Below are positions 1 through 9,074 of a stretch of DNA of 64,000 nucleotides, piece after piece (positions within the stretch are counted from its first letter, which is position 1; every line of letters starts with the position of its first letter). The DNA lies in assembly GCA_934131175.1 (NCBI GenBank), contig CAKOZD010000002.1:66403-130402 (forward strand), given 5' to 3'. The stretch comes from an uncultured Bacilli bacterium (GTDB lineage Bacteria > Bacillota_I > Bacilli_A > RF39 > UBA660). The notes under the pieces were generated by a model, which made no database searches, was not told the origin of the DNA, and saw only the letters and a list, made by a program, of their open reading frames with translations. The translations under genes were made by a program, and so were the position numbers.

Positions 1-248
1 CAAATCAATTTGTTAGAAATGTGTCTGACTATGCTTCTATTGGTGATTCCCTTGAAGCTAAAGTAATAGGTTTTGATGATAATAATCACTATAAATTAAG
101 TTTTAAAAGTCTCCAACAAAAGAAAATTACTAAGAAAAGAGAAAAAATAGTAGAGACATCTAAAGGTTTTTCTACCTTAAATAGTATGCTAAATCAATGG
201 ATTGATGAGCAAAAAAAATTAAATTTTAAAAAAAATAAAAAAAATTAA
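1..248 (+). CDS. S1 RNA-binding domain protein, C-terminal fragment (5' end lies outside the window)
   Basis: Reading from nt 3 in-frame gives NQFVRNVSDYASIGDSLEAKVIGFDD..KLSFK, a typical S1/OB-fold C-terminal beta-strand pattern, followed by a Lys-rich tail. The ORF runs upstream past the window edge. Confidence 0.45.
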   Translation, partial: NQFVRNVSDYASIGDSLEAKVIGFDDNNHYKLSFKSLQQKKITKKREKIVETSKGFSTLNSMLNQWIDEQKKLNFKKNKKN

Positions 249-256
249 TAAATTGT

Positions 257-285
257 GTTGACAAATTGAATATAAGTTGGTAATA
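257..285 (+). promoter_or_regulatory. sigma-70-type promoter of the tRNA array: TTGACA, 17-nt spacer, TAATAT
   Basis: TTGACA at 257-262 and TAATAT at 280-285 with exact 17-nt spacing, about 24 nt upstream of the first tRNA. Confidence 0.6.
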
Positions 286-308
286 TTAATGATGTCAACT
301 GATTTGAC

Positions 309-385
309 GGGCGATTAGCTCAGTTGGTTAGAGCACCTGCCTTACAAGCAGGGGGTCACAGGTTCGAGTCCTGTATCGCCCACCA
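309..385 (+). tRNA. tRNA-Val (anticodon TAC)
   Basis: Cloverleaf with GGGCGAT/ATCGCCC acceptor, TAGCTCAGTTGGTTAGAGC D-arm, anticodon loop CTTACAA, GGTTCGAGTCC T-arm, encoded CCA. Confidence 0.85.
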
Positions 386-388
386 TTT

Positions 389-464
<76 letters not shown>

Positions 465-470
465 TTTTAT

Positions 471-555
471 GGAGAGGTAGCGAAGTGGCTAAACGCGACA
501 GACTGTAAATCTGTTCTCATCGAGTTCGATGGTTCGAATCCATCTCTCTCCACCA
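471..555 (+). tRNA. tRNA-Tyr (anticodon GTA), long variable arm
   Basis: Acceptor GGAGAGG/TCTCTCC, anticodon loop CTGTAAA, long variable arm (TTCTCATCGAGTTCGATGG) typical of bacterial tRNA-Tyr, encoded CCA. Confidence 0.85.
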
Positions 556-565
556 CTTTTGAGTT

Positions 566-640
566 TGCCTCGTAGCCAAGTGGTAAGGCATCAGACTTTG
601 ACTCTGACATGCGTTAGTTCGAATCTAACCGAGGCAGCCA
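566..640 (+). tRNA. tRNA-Gln (anticodon TTG)
   Basis: U1:A72 first base pair and G73 discriminator as in bacterial tRNA-Gln. Anticodon stem-loop TCAGA-CTTTGAC-TCTGA, T-arm GGTTCGAATC, encoded CCA. Confidence 0.8.
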
Positions 641-653
641 TTTTTATTGATAT

Positions 654-729
654 GATCTGTTAGCTCAGTTGGTAGAGCATTTGACTTTTAATCAAAGGGT
701 CATGAGTTCGAATCTCATACAGGTCACCA
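654..729 (+). tRNA. tRNA-Lys (anticodon TTT)
   Basis: Acceptor GATCTGT/ACAGGTC, anticodon loop CTTTTAA, T-arm GAGTTCGAATCTC, encoded CCA. Confidence 0.85.
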
Positions 730-734
730 TTGTT

Positions 735-823
735 GCCTGAGTGGCGGAATTGGTAGACGCACAGGACTTAAAATCCTGCGAGAATCAACCCTCGTGCCGG
801 TTCAAGTCCGGCCTTAGGCACCA
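735..823 (+). tRNA. tRNA-Leu (anticodon TAA), long variable arm
   Basis: Acceptor GCCTGAG/CTTAGGC, anticodon loop CTTAAAA, long variable arm, T-arm GGTTCAAGTCC, encoded CCA. Confidence 0.85.
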
Positions 824-861
824 TTTAAAAATTTAACTCAATATTTATTTATTGAGTTTAT

Positions 862-954
862 GGAGGAATACCCAAGCCTGGTTGAAGGGACCGGTCTTGA
901 AAACCGGAAGGTCGTGCAAGCGGCGCTAGGGTTCGAATCCCTATTCCTCCGCCA
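862..954 (+). tRNA. tRNA-Ser (anticodon TGA), long variable arm
   Basis: Acceptor GGAGGAA/TTCCTCC, anticodon stem-loop CCGGT-CTTGAAA-ACCGG, long variable arm, discriminator G, encoded CCA. Confidence 0.85.
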
Positions 955-961
955 TTTATAT

Positions 962-1038
962 CGCGGGATGGAGCAGTTAGGTAGCTCGTTGGGCTCATAA
1001 CCCGAAGGTCGGAGGTTCGAATCCTTCTCCCGCAACCA
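962..1038 (+). tRNA. initiator tRNA-fMet (anticodon CAT)
   Basis: CGCGGGA...TCCCGCA acceptor with C1xA72 mismatch and three consecutive G-C pairs in the anticodon stem (GGG-CTCATAA-CCC), both hallmarks of bacterial initiator tRNA. Encoded CCA. Confidence 0.85.
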
Positions 1039-1056
1039 ATTTATTTAATTTATTAT

Positions 1057-1133
1057 GGTTCCTTGGTGCAGCTGGTTAACACGTCTGCCTGTCACGCAGA
1101 AGATCGCGGGTTCGAGTCCCGTAGGAACCGCCA
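1057..1133 (+). tRNA. tRNA-Asp (anticodon GTC)
   Basis: Acceptor GGTTCCT/AGGAACC, anticodon loop CTGTCAC, T-arm GGTTCGAGTCC, discriminator G, encoded CCA. Confidence 0.85.
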
Positions 1134-1136
1134 TAT

Positions 1137-1212
1137 GGCTTCATAGCTCAGTCGGTAGAGCAAGGGACTGAAAATCCCTGTGTCGCTGGTTCGATTCCCG
1201 CTGGAGCCACCA
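1137..1212 (+). tRNA. tRNA-Phe (anticodon GAA)
   Basis: Acceptor GGCTTCA/TGGAGCC, anticodon loop CTGAAAA, T-arm GGTTCGATTCC, encoded CCA. Confidence 0.85.
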
Positions 1213-1265
1213 TTTTAATTAAGACAACTAAATGTTATATGTGCTGTAGCTGAACAACATGTCTT

Positions 1266-1342
1266 GCGCTCGTAGCTCAGTTGGATAGAGTGTTTGGCTA
1301 CGAACCAAAAGGTCAGGGGTTCGAATCCCTTCGGGCGCACCA
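1266..1342 (+). tRNA. tRNA-Arg (anticodon ACG)
   Basis: Acceptor GCGCTCG/CGGGCGC, anticodon loop CTACGAA, T-arm GGTTCGAATCC, encoded CCA. Confidence 0.85.
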
Positions 1343-1347
1343 GTTAT

Positions 1348-1424
1348 CGGGAAGTGGCTCAACTTGGTAGAGCACTTGGTTTGGGACCAAGGGGTTGCAG
1401 GTTCAAATCCTGTCTTCCCGACCA
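1348..1424 (+). tRNA. tRNA-Pro (anticodon TGG)
   Basis: Acceptor CGGGAAG/CTTCCCG, anticodon stem-loop CTTGG-TTTGGGA-CCAAG, T-arm GGTTCAAATCC, encoded CCA. Confidence 0.85.
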
Positions 1425-1433
1425 ATAAGAAAT

Positions 1434-1460
1434 AAACGTTGAATTATCAACGTTTTTTTG
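1434..1460 (+). terminator. rho-independent terminator closing the tRNA array
   Basis: AACGTTG-AATTAT-CAACGTT hairpin followed by TTTTTTTG. Confidence 0.6.
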
Positions 1461-1547
1461 TTTGGCCGGAGTAACAATCTTTTTCTGCATCCCCTTGCTC
1501 TCAAACGTAATTGTACCAATTAATTTAAATTACTTATCTGGTGCCCC

Positions 1548-2321
1548 TTAATTGATTCTCACATATTTTATATATAGCTTTTCTATATTTACTTCATCAA
1601 TTTCAAAACTTGTCCCATGGTCATGAATTTGACCTTTTTTTGGTCCGTCTCTATATATACCAATTTTTAGTTTAACTCTTATTGTTCCATCTTTTATTAA
1701 ATCAATAAATGTACGTTCATTCTTTAGTCTATAAAAGTCATAATTATAATACTTATAGAAGTCTATGTTGTTTCTTGCATATTTTATTGCATTTACTACT
1801 AATAAATAACTTAATTTCTTTTGTAATCTTTCATATAACTCATATATATTCCAGTACGCTATTTCTTCTTTTAAAATATTATTTTTATAATATACTGAAA
1901 TATATAATTTTTCTTTTTTTATTGTCAGTTTAAAATAATATCTATTTCCTATTAATGTTTTACTAGTATAATATATTTCATTTTGTAAAACTTTTTTGTT
2001 TCTTAATATTTTATCTGGGTATCCATATTTTTGCACAAGTCTTTTTATTTCATTTTCATTAGAATCATTATGAGGTGTTAAGTTAAAAAGAGTAGTATAT
2101 GATTTACTGCCATATTTTTTTGCTTTAATCTCAAAATGTTTATAATCTGGCAGTGATTTTCTGTCCTCTTCCTTATCTAATAATGTTTCTAGTGTTTTAC
2201 CTATTCCAGTAGGTCCTTTTCTTACACTTTTGTGCCATCCAGCACATTTGATTTTAAATAATTTTTTATTTAGTTCAATTATTTCACTTTCTATTTCTTT
2301 GTCTACATTTGTTGTGTACAT
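1548..2321 (-). CDS. solitary MutH/Sau3AI-fold (PD-(D/E)XK) endonuclease-like protein, MvaI/BcnI-like in size
   Basis: The segment AGWHKSVRKGPTGIGKTLETLLDKEEDRKSLPDYKHFEIKAKK aligns with the E. coli MutH catalytic core DKGWIGVLLEIWLG...EQDFAALGVELKT (GW, G..LE..LG, D-F/Y, E-h-K). ATG at 2321 is preceded by AAAGGAG with 7-nt spacing (the ORF track extends 3 nt to a TTG). No methyltransferase gene is adjacent. Confidence 0.5.
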   Translation of the reverse strand: MYTTNVDKEIESEIIELNKKLFKIKCAGWHKSVRKGPTGIGKTLETLLDKEEDRKSLPDYKHFEIKAKKYGSKSYTTLFNLTPHNDSNENEIKRLVQKYGYPDKILRNKKVLQNEIYYTSKTLIGNRYYFKLTIKKEKLYISVYYKNNILKEEIAYWNIYELYERLQKKLSYLLVVNAIKYARNNIDFYKYYNYDFYRLKNERTFIDLIKDGTIRVKLKIGIYRDGPKKGQIHDHGTSFEIDEVNIEKLYIKYVRIN

Positions 2322-2591
2322 CAAATTTCTCCTTTCAATATATTATTAAGAATTTTTTTAACTTTTATTGAAAAAAATAAAAATTTATAATCAACTTGTT
2401 ATGTAATTTTGTTTATACTTTGAAATTTATAGTTATATAAATTTTTTCTTCAATAACAGTTTTATTTATTCTATTGTATTTTCGATACTTCTATTTTAAA
2501 TAAATATAAAAAGAAATAATTCTGTCAGTTAGAATTATTCTTTTTTATTTAACAAATTTCTATTACTAATTTATTAGTTTTTTTATTAATT

Positions 2592-3779
2592 TTAGTTATC
2601 ATTACTTTGAACATTATAGTCATTCGTATCGTAAGAATCAGTTGAATTAATTTCATCACTTGAAACGCTATTACTATAATCATACATTTCATCGTTGTTA
2701 TTTGATGGTACATAATTATTTATAGAACTATAATTATTTTGCCTATTATTGTTATTATAATTACTTTTATTTTTTGTATTTTCTTCAATGTATTTTTCAT
2801 CATAATTATTTGTACTATAATTTATAAATTTCTTTTTATATTGATATTTTGTACCATAGCATTTAGGCAGATTTTCTGATATCGTTGATCTTTTATGAGA
2901 GTCATTAAACTGCTCATCAGTTTTATTAAAATATTTATATGAAATGCTAGTTTGATCATCCCAGGTTAAATCTATATTATAATAATCACTTTCTAATTTA
3001 ACAATATTCCAAGCATGATTTTGTCCTTCACTTTTTCCAGTTATATAGTAAGTAGTTATACCTAATTTATTCATAATATATTGAAATGCTCTTGTATAAC
3101 CAGCACATACTGTTTTTCCGGTTACTAAGGCACTATAAGCACTTTGATTTAATTTTTCATTTGAATCATAATCTGCAATATTAATTATTGTATCATGGAC
3201 ATATTTTTCTTTTTCGTAATCAGTACTATAATTATTTGCATTTTCTATTATTTTATTAGCTGAGTAATTGAATAAGTATTTTGCATTGTCTATATCATTT
3301 GCGGTTGAATTGTAATTTAAAGTTACTTGAGCAACTTTTCCGTTTAATAAATATTTATATGAATAACTTGTATCTATCCAAAATAATTCTGGACTATCAT
3401 TATAAATAGCAGTTATTGTTTCATCAAGTTCATCTTTAGTTATATCTTGTTTTGGTATAAATGTTTTTTTCATATTATCAGCATTTGCATATATTTGTCT
3501 ATATAAATCTTTTTCTTTATCAGATAGTAGGTTATAGTATGGAGAAGTTGTAGTATTTACATTATAATTTGAATAGTCGACATTAGAGTCTTTTAAAAAA
3601 GCAAGTTCACTATTTTTTATTAAATTACCTTTTGATATAAAACTTTTTAAATCACCGTACTTACTATTTATACTAGCAAGTCCTTCATTTATTAAATTTT
3701 CAATATCATAATTTTTATATTTTAAAACACCAAATATAGATATTATTATAATTAAAACTATAAGTAACTTTTTCTTCAT
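2592..3779 (-). CDS. transglutaminase-like (Cys-His-Asp) superfamily protein, membrane-anchored, with an Asn/Tyr/Ser-rich low-complexity C-terminal tail
   Basis: TGKTVCAGYTRAF...NHAWNIV...DLTWDD carries the transglutaminase-core Cys, His and Asp. Start is at MKKKLL (ATG 3779), which has a GGAAGTG SD. An N-terminal hydrophobic anchor is present. Confidence 0.6.
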   Translation of the reverse strand: MKKKLLIVLIIIISIFGVLKYKNYDIENLINEGLASINSKYGDLKSFISKGNLIKNSELAFLKDSNVDYSNYNVNTTTSPYYNLLSDKEKDLYRQIYANADNMKKTFIPKQDITKDELDETITAIYNDSPELFWIDTSYSYKYLLNGKVAQVTLNYNSTANDIDNAKYLFNYSANKIIENANNYSTDYEKEKYVHDTIINIADYDSNEKLNQSAYSALVTGKTVCAGYTRAFQYIMNKLGITTYYITGKSEGQNHAWNIVKLESDYYNIDLTWDDQTSISYKYFNKTDEQFNDSHKRSTISENLPKCYGTKYQYKKKFINYSTNNYDEKYIEENTKNKSNYNNNNRQNNYSSINNYVPSNNNDEMYDYSNSVSSDEINSTDSYDTNDYNVQSNDN

Positions 3780-3881
3780 ACTTTCACTTCCTGTATACAT
3801 ATTATATATTTTTTTTTTGAAATTTATATGTTATATTACTATTTTTTTAGAAATTTTCATATATTTCTTTAGGTGAATTTA

Positions 3882-4940
3882 ATGAAAAAACTTATTTTTA
3901 GTATCTTTATTTTTATTTTTTTATTTAATTATAATGTATTTGCTAGTACTCCAACTGTGGTTATGGAAAGTTCTAGTGGACGTATATTATATCAGAATGA
4001 TTCTAATTCTAGACATTTGATTGCTTCAATTACAAAAATTATGACTTGTATTGTTACACTTGAAAATATAGATATCAATAAAACTGTTGAAGTAGGTGAT
4101 GAAGTATTAAAAATGTATGGGACTAATATTTATATTGAAGTAGGTGAAAAGATTACTATTAAAGATTTATTATATGGATTAATGCTTAGAAGTGGAAATG
4201 ATGCAGCAATAACTCTTGCGATAAATGTTTCTGGCAATGAAGCTGATTTTGTTAGACTTATGAATGAAAAAGCAAAAGAAATAGGAATGGTAAATACAAC
4301 TTTTTCTAATCCACATGGACTTGATGAAGAAACTAAAAATTATTCTACAGCCTATGATATGTCATTGCTTGCTAAATATGCTTACAAGAATAGTACTTAT
4401 CGAAAGATTGTAAATACAAAAAAATATAGATGTAAGTCATCTCTTAAAAGTTATCTTTGGTATAATAGAGTTTCTCTTTTAAATAACTATAAATATTGTG
4501 TTGGTGGTAAAAATGGTTATACACCAAGTGCTGGTAAAACTTTAGTTTCATATGCGTCTAAAAATAATATGAGTTTAATTATAGTTTCATTAGATGATAG
4601 TGATATATATAATAGACATGAATCTTTATATGAAAAATATTTTTCTATTTATAAATTATATAAAATAGTTGATAAAAATACATTTAAATTTGATAAGAGT
4701 TTAATAACAGATGATATTTATATAAAGAATTCCTTTTATTATCCTCTAAAAGACACTGAATTAGAAAACATATCAACATTAGTAGAGCTAGATAAAGTTT
4801 ATACTAATAATGTTTGTGGAAAAGTTATTGTTAAATTGAATGATAAAGTTATAGGAAATTTAAAAATATATAAAAAAGTTACAAAAGAAAAGAAAGATAT
4901 TTCTATCTTTCAAAAGATTATTAATTATTTTAAAAGTTAG
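3882..4940 (+). CDS. D-alanyl-D-alanine carboxypeptidase (serine-type, PBP5/6 family)
   Basis: Signal peptide, SxxK (SITK), SGN (RSGND) and KTG-like (GKNGYT) motifs. ATG 3882 has an AGGTG SD 6 nt upstream. Confidence 0.75.
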   Translation: MKKLIFSIFIFIFLFNYNVFASTPTVVMESSSGRILYQNDSNSRHLIASITKIMTCIVTLENIDINKTVEVGDEVLKMYGTNIYIEVGEKITIKDLLYGLMLRSGNDAAITLAINVSGNEADFVRLMNEKAKEIGMVNTTFSNPHGLDEETKNYSTAYDMSLLAKYAYKNSTYRKIVNTKKYRCKSSLKSYLWYNRVSLLNNYKYCVGGKNGYTPSAGKTLVSYASKNNMSLIIVSLDDSDIYNRHESLYEKYFSIYKLYKIVDKNTFKFDKSLITDDIYIKNSFYYPLKDTELENISTLVELDKVYTNNVCGKVIVKLNDKVIGNLKIYKKVTKEKKDISIFQKIINYFKS

Positions 4941-4962
4941 TTATTAATGTAATTTTTTATTA

Positions 4963-5883
4963 TTATTGATTAGACAATCTAAAAAAGTTAATAGATGGTC
5001 TACAAAAAAGTCTTATATTACTTTGATTTGTTGTACCTAAACCACTTGATATATATAGCTTTGAATTATCTAAATTGTAATAGTCTTGGTCATATTTCTT
5101 AGCACCTTCTACTTTGAATATAGAATATTTTATAAATGGAAGTCTTATGTTTCCATTATTTGAGTGTCCTGCTAGGAATAAATCACTATTATATGTTCCT
5201 ATTATGTCATCTACTGTATCTGGTTCATGTAGAAGTGTAATTGTGTAAATATTAGAATTAAAAACATCTTGTTTGAAATAAGCGTATGCTTTTTCAATAT
5301 TTTGATTCTTTGAATTACTTGAGAGTCCTACTAAAAGAATAGGGTCATTGTTTTTTTGATAAATTAATTCAGACTCATTTTTTAGTATTGTAAAATCTGC
5401 TTGATTTAGAATAGTATTTGTTTTTTCATTATCTTCATCACCAATAATTGCATATTTTCCAAGACTTGCAGATAATTTTTTTAATTCTTTTATAATTTTT
5501 TCTTGTTCTTTATTTGTTAATTTATAATCTTTATCAATTAGGTCTCCAGTAAATACGATTAAGTCTGGATTTCTATCATTTGCCATTTTTACAACGTCTT
5601 TAACATTTTCATTAAACATTGTTGTTCCATAATGTAAGTCAGTTAGTTGAATTATTTTTAATCCATTAAATGAAGCAGGTATTTTTTTATCTGTAATACG
5701 GTATTCTCTAACTTTAATTTTGACTGATGAGATGTATGTTGTATATGAGAAAAAAATTGTTCCTATAACTAAGATTATTAATAATATTTTCATAACTTTT
5801 TTTACTATTTTCTTTATATTTTCTTTGTTTTGTTCTTTGAATATTTCCTGTTGTTTTTCTTCATTTAATTGTTCTCTTGTCAT
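4963..5883 (-). CDS. membrane-anchored calcineurin-like metallophosphoesterase
   Basis: Metallophosphoesterase metal-binding motifs (LTDLHYG, GDLID, GDEDNE, LLHEPD, AGHSNNG) after an N-terminal TM helix. A GGTGA SD is present. Confidence 0.7.
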   Translation of the reverse strand: MTREQLNEEKQQEIFKEQNKENIKKIVKKVMKILLIILVIGTIFFSYTTYISSVKIKVREYRITDKKIPASFNGLKIIQLTDLHYGTTMFNENVKDVVKMANDRNPDLIVFTGDLIDKDYKLTNKEQEKIIKELKKLSASLGKYAIIGDEDNEKTNTILNQADFTILKNESELIYQKNNDPILLVGLSSNSKNQNIEKAYAYFKQDVFNSNIYTITLLHEPDTVDDIIGTYNSDLFLAGHSNNGNIRLPFIKYSIFKVEGAKKYDQDYYNLDNSKLYISSGLGTTNQSNIRLFCRPSINFFRLSNQ

Positions 5884-6002
5884 ATTATCACCTTAATATA
5901 TTTTAACATATATTTATTTATATTTATGTTTTCTTTGTGAAATTTCTGTATTTTACTTTAAACTTTACTTTTTTATATGGTATTATATTAAGTGGTGATA
6001 AG

Positions 6003-7397
6003 ATGAAATATGATGTTATTATAATTGGTGCAGGACCTGCTGGGTTATTTAGTGCCTATGAGTTAATTACAAAGAATAAAAAGTTAAAGATAGCTTTGCT
6101 AGATAAGGGTAGTAGTGTTGAACATAGAGTTTGTCCTATGAATAAGAAAGGAGTTCCTTGTCAAAATTGTAATCCTTGTGCAATATTAGCTGGTTATGGT
6201 GGAGCAGGTACTTTCTCTGATGGAAAACTTAATTTTATTCCACGTCTTGGTAAAAGTGATTTAACTAAGTATATGAGTGAAAGCGATGCTTATAAATTAA
6301 TTGATGAGACGGAAGAAATATTTAATAAATTTAAGATGGATGCAGATGTTTATCCAAGTAATATGGATGAGGCAATTGAAATTAGAAAAAAGGTTGCAAT
6401 TGCTGGGTCAAAACTTTTACTTATTAAACAAAAGCATTTGGGAAGTGACCATTTACCTGAATATATTCAAGGAATATGTGATTACTTAGAAGATAAAGGA
6501 GTTACGTTAATTGAAAGAGCAAATGTTATTGATATTAAGACAGAGAGTGAATCAAAACATTTAGTAACTTATGAAAAAGGAAAAAAGAGTGAAGTAATTG
6601 AAGGTAAAAATATAATAGTTGCTCCTGGTAGAACTGGTGCTAAATGGATTCAAGAACTTGCTGATAAATATGAAATACCTTATCTTTCTCAAAGTATAGA
6701 AATTGGAGTTCGAGTTGAAGTTAGAAAAGATATAATGGAAGATATTACAAATATAATTTATGATCCTACTATATTTATAAAGACTGATACTTATGGTGAT
6801 GAAATTAGAACATTCTGTACAAATCCTGGTGGTTTTGTTGCTAAAGAAAATTATTATGGATATATTTGTGTTAATGGACATGCTCTTAAGGATATAAAGA
6901 GTAATAATACTAATTTTGCATTTATTTCTAAAGTAACATTAACTGAACCTGTTACTAATACACGTCTTTATGGAGAAAGTATTGCGCGTATTGCTAATGT
7001 ATTGGGAGATGGAAAACCTATTATTCAATCACTTAAAGATTTAAGAAATGGCAGAAGAAGTGAATGGCATAGAATTAATAAAGGTTTTATAGAACCAACT
7101 TTAAAAGATTGTGTTGCTGGTGATTTAGCACTTGTAATGCCACATAGAATTATTACTAATATTTTAGAAGGATTAGAAAAACTTGATAAAATAATTCCTG
7201 GGGTTAATAATGATGATACGCTTTTATATGGACCTGAAATTAAATTCTTTAGTAATGAAATTCAAACAGATAATAACTTTAAGTTAGAAAAAGCAAATGT
7301 TTATTTTATTGGTGATGGAGCAGGAAAGGCTGGTAATATTGTTACTGCTGCTGCTACTGGGTTAGTTGCTGCTCGTGATATTTTAGAGAGGATATAG
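6003..7397 (+). CDS. FAD-dependent oxidoreductase (uncharacterised COG2509-like family)
   Basis: N-terminal Rossmann dinucleotide motif VIIIGAGPAGLFSA. Cys cluster CPMNKKGVPCQNCNPC. C-terminal GDGAG. ATG 6003 has a GGTGATAAG SD. Confidence 0.6.
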   Translation: MKYDVIIIGAGPAGLFSAYELITKNKKLKIALLDKGSSVEHRVCPMNKKGVPCQNCNPCAILAGYGGAGTFSDGKLNFIPRLGKSDLTKYMSESDAYKLIDETEEIFNKFKMDADVYPSNMDEAIEIRKKVAIAGSKLLLIKQKHLGSDHLPEYIQGICDYLEDKGVTLIERANVIDIKTESESKHLVTYEKGKKSEVIEGKNIIVAPGRTGAKWIQELADKYEIPYLSQSIEIGVRVEVRKDIMEDITNIIYDPTIFIKTDTYGDEIRTFCTNPGGFVAKENYYGYICVNGHALKDIKSNNTNFAFISKVTLTEPVTNTRLYGESIARIANVLGDGKPIIQSLKDLRNGRRSEWHRINKGFIEPTLKDCVAGDLALVMPHRIITNILEGLEKLDKIIPGVNNDDTLLYGPEIKFFSNEIQTDNNFKLEKANVYFIGDGAGKAGNIVTAAATGLVAARDILERI

Positions 7398-7398
7398 T

Positions 7399-8100
7399 AT
7401 GAATAAAAATAAAATGTTTATGATTATTGGAATTATAATTTTACTTGTTGTGATTGTTATAGCAGCAGTTATGATTCCACAAAAAAATGAAGAAAGCAAA
7501 AAGAAGGAGGAAAAGTTAATGAATATTAATTATGACATAGAAGGTAATGAAGCAAAATTAGATGATTATGATACTGAGAATCCAGTAGTTGCTATGTATA
7601 TTGAAAATTATGGTTCTGTTGTTATGGAGTTATATCCAGATGTTGCTCCAAATACAGTTAATAATTTTATTTCTTTAGTAAAGAGTGGTTTCTATGATAA
7701 TAATACATTCCATAGATTAGTACCTGGTTTTGTATTACAAGGAGGAGATCCTGATGGTACTGGAACAGGAGGACCTGGTTATTCTATTAAAGGAGAGTTT
7801 ACTAATAATGGCTTTGAAAATAATTTAAAACATACTAAGGGAGTTATTTCAATGGCTAGAAGTAATGATAAGGATAGTGCCGGAAGTCAATTCTTTATTA
7901 TGTTAGGAACTAGTACTTATTTAGATGGAGATTATGCTGCATTTGGTAAAGTAATTGCTGGAATGGATAATGTAGAAAGAATTGAAAAAGAAGAAGTTGT
8001 TTCTAATGAAGCAACAGGACAATTAAAGAAGAATTTAACTATTAAAAAAGCAATAATTGATTTAAAAGGAAAAGAATATAAAGAAGTAGAGAAGGCTTAA
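7399..8100 (+). CDS. peptidyl-prolyl cis-trans isomerase, cyclophilin type, N-terminally membrane-anchored
   Basis: FHRLVPGFVLQGGDP...GVISMARSNDKDSAGSQFFI cyclophilin signature. N-terminal TM segment. Confidence 0.8.
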   Translation: MNKNKMFMIIGIIILLVVIVIAAVMIPQKNEESKKKEEKLMNINYDIEGNEAKLDDYDTENPVVAMYIENYGSVVMELYPDVAPNTVNNFISLVKSGFYDNNTFHRLVPGFVLQGGDPDGTGTGGPGYSIKGEFTNNGFENNLKHTKGVISMARSNDKDSAGSQFFIMLGTSTYLDGDYAAFGKVIAGMDNVERIEKEEVVSNEATGQLKKNLTIKKAIIDLKGKEYKEVEKA

Positions 8101-8185
8101 TTTTAATTAGTATTATTTCTTTTAAAACTTAATAAACAAAAAAACAAGAAAGTATATATTACTATATTACTTTCTTGTTTTATTT

Positions 8186-8728
8186 TTATAAATATTCTAA
8201 TTCTTTATCTGGTATGATTGATAGTTTAATAATTCTTTGACTTTCATCATCTAATTTTCTATATTTAACATTACATGTATCAAATATTTTTTTTGATACT
8301 ATATTTCCTGGAGTTCCATTATATTTATCAGATAAGTAAACAACTTCCTTTATTCCTGCTTGTACAATATCTTTTGCACATTCATTACATGGAAATAGGT
8401 CTACATATATTCTTGCTCCACGAAGATCTTTTCTACTTCCTAAATAATTATTTATTGCATTTGATTCAGCATGGCATACATACATGTATTTTGTGTTTAC
8501 ATCGTCTCCTTCACGACTCCACGGAAATATGTCATCACTAAAATTATTAGGTGCTCCATTATATCCGATAGATAGAATTCTATTATCTTCACTAACGATA
8601 CACGCTCCAACTTGAGTATTTGGGTCTTTACTTCTACCTGCAGCAAGTTTTGCTATTCCCATAAAGAATTCATCCCAGTTTAAATAGTCTTTTCTTTTAT
8701 TACCAAGAACTGTTTTATCATGTTCCAT
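8186..8728 (-). CDS. dCMP deaminase (ComEB-type cytidine/deoxycytidylate deaminase)
   Basis: Zinc-binding CHAESNAI and PCNECAK motifs. Strong AAAGGAGG SD. Confidence 0.75.
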   Translation of the reverse strand: MEHDKTVLGNKRKDYLNWDEFFMGIAKLAAGRSKDPNTQVGACIVSEDNRILSIGYNGAPNNFSDDIFPWSREGDDVNTKYMYVCHAESNAINNYLGSRKDLRGARIYVDLFPCNECAKDIVQAGIKEVVYLSDKYNGTPGNIVSKKIFDTCNVKYRKLDDESQRIIKLSIIPDKELEYL

Positions 8729-8899
8729 TTTTATCCTCCTTTTTTATTTATTCTAGCATTATTTATGGTGCAAATAAAGTTTATTTTTATAAAATGAGTT
8801 ACTATAATAAGTTACAAGTTTCTATAAAAATTACTTTTTAAAAAGATATTTTTACTTTTTATTACCTAATAAATAGTTAAATCAATAGTGTGTAGTCTA

Positions 8900-8928
8900 T
8901 TGACAACTTATAAAAAACGGGTTATATT
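8900..8928 (+). promoter_or_regulatory. promoter upstream of the Gly T-box leader (TTGACA, 17-nt spacer, TATATT)
   Basis: TTGACA at 8900-8905, 17-nt spacer, TATATT at 8923-8928. Confidence 0.5.
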
Positions 8929-8934
8929 AATTGC

Positions 8935-9060
8935 AATAAGTGTGATGACGGGTGTGGAAAGCCCAGAGCAGTATAGATAAGAGCTGATTCTTCTAGAATA
9001 AGTAAGGTGGAACCGCGGATATTAATTCGTCCTTACATTATTCTAGGAGTTTTTTTATTT
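8935..9060 (+). ncRNA. T-box riboswitch leader (short glycine-type) upstream of the LOG-family gene and glyQS
   Basis: Conserved T-box sequence AAGGTGGAACCGCGG at 9004-9018. Terminator helix (TTCTAGAATAAGTAAGG / CCTTACATTATTCTAG) overlaps the antiterminator and is followed by TTTTTTT. No Stem II, as in glyQS leaders. A possible GGA specifier lies within GTGGAAAG. Confidence 0.6.
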
Positions 9061-9074
9061 TAGAAGGTGATAGA

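Noticed and set aside
838-1425. ORF-track entries 838-1035(-) and 1228-1425(-) inside the tRNA array
   Set aside because: They lie on the antisense strand of the tRNA-Ser/fMet and Arg/Pro genes. The peptides are low-complexity and have no SD. They are artefacts of reading through structured RNA genes.
1709-1933. 74-aa + strand ORF nested antisense inside the MutH-like nuclease gene
   Set aside because: Entirely within a better-supported CDS on the opposite strand. Hydrophobic low-complexity translation typical of AT-rich antisense frames.
2325-2591. 267-bp AT-rich spacer between the MutH-like nuclease and the transglutaminase-like gene, considered as a possible small RNA, att site or second divergent promoter
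   Set aside because: Both flanking genes are on the minus strand, so the spacer most simply holds the nuclease terminator and the transglutaminase promoter. No convincing structure or repeat was seen.
6301-6881. Nested ORFs 6301-6489(+) and 6561-6881(-) within the FAD-oxidoreductase gene
   Set aside because: Alternative-frame or antisense ORFs inside a gene with clear Rossmann and GDGAG motifs. No SD and no motif support.
8275-8541. 88-aa + strand ORF antisense to the dCMP deaminase gene
   Set aside because: Overlaps the zinc-binding motifs of the deaminase on the other strand. Spurious.
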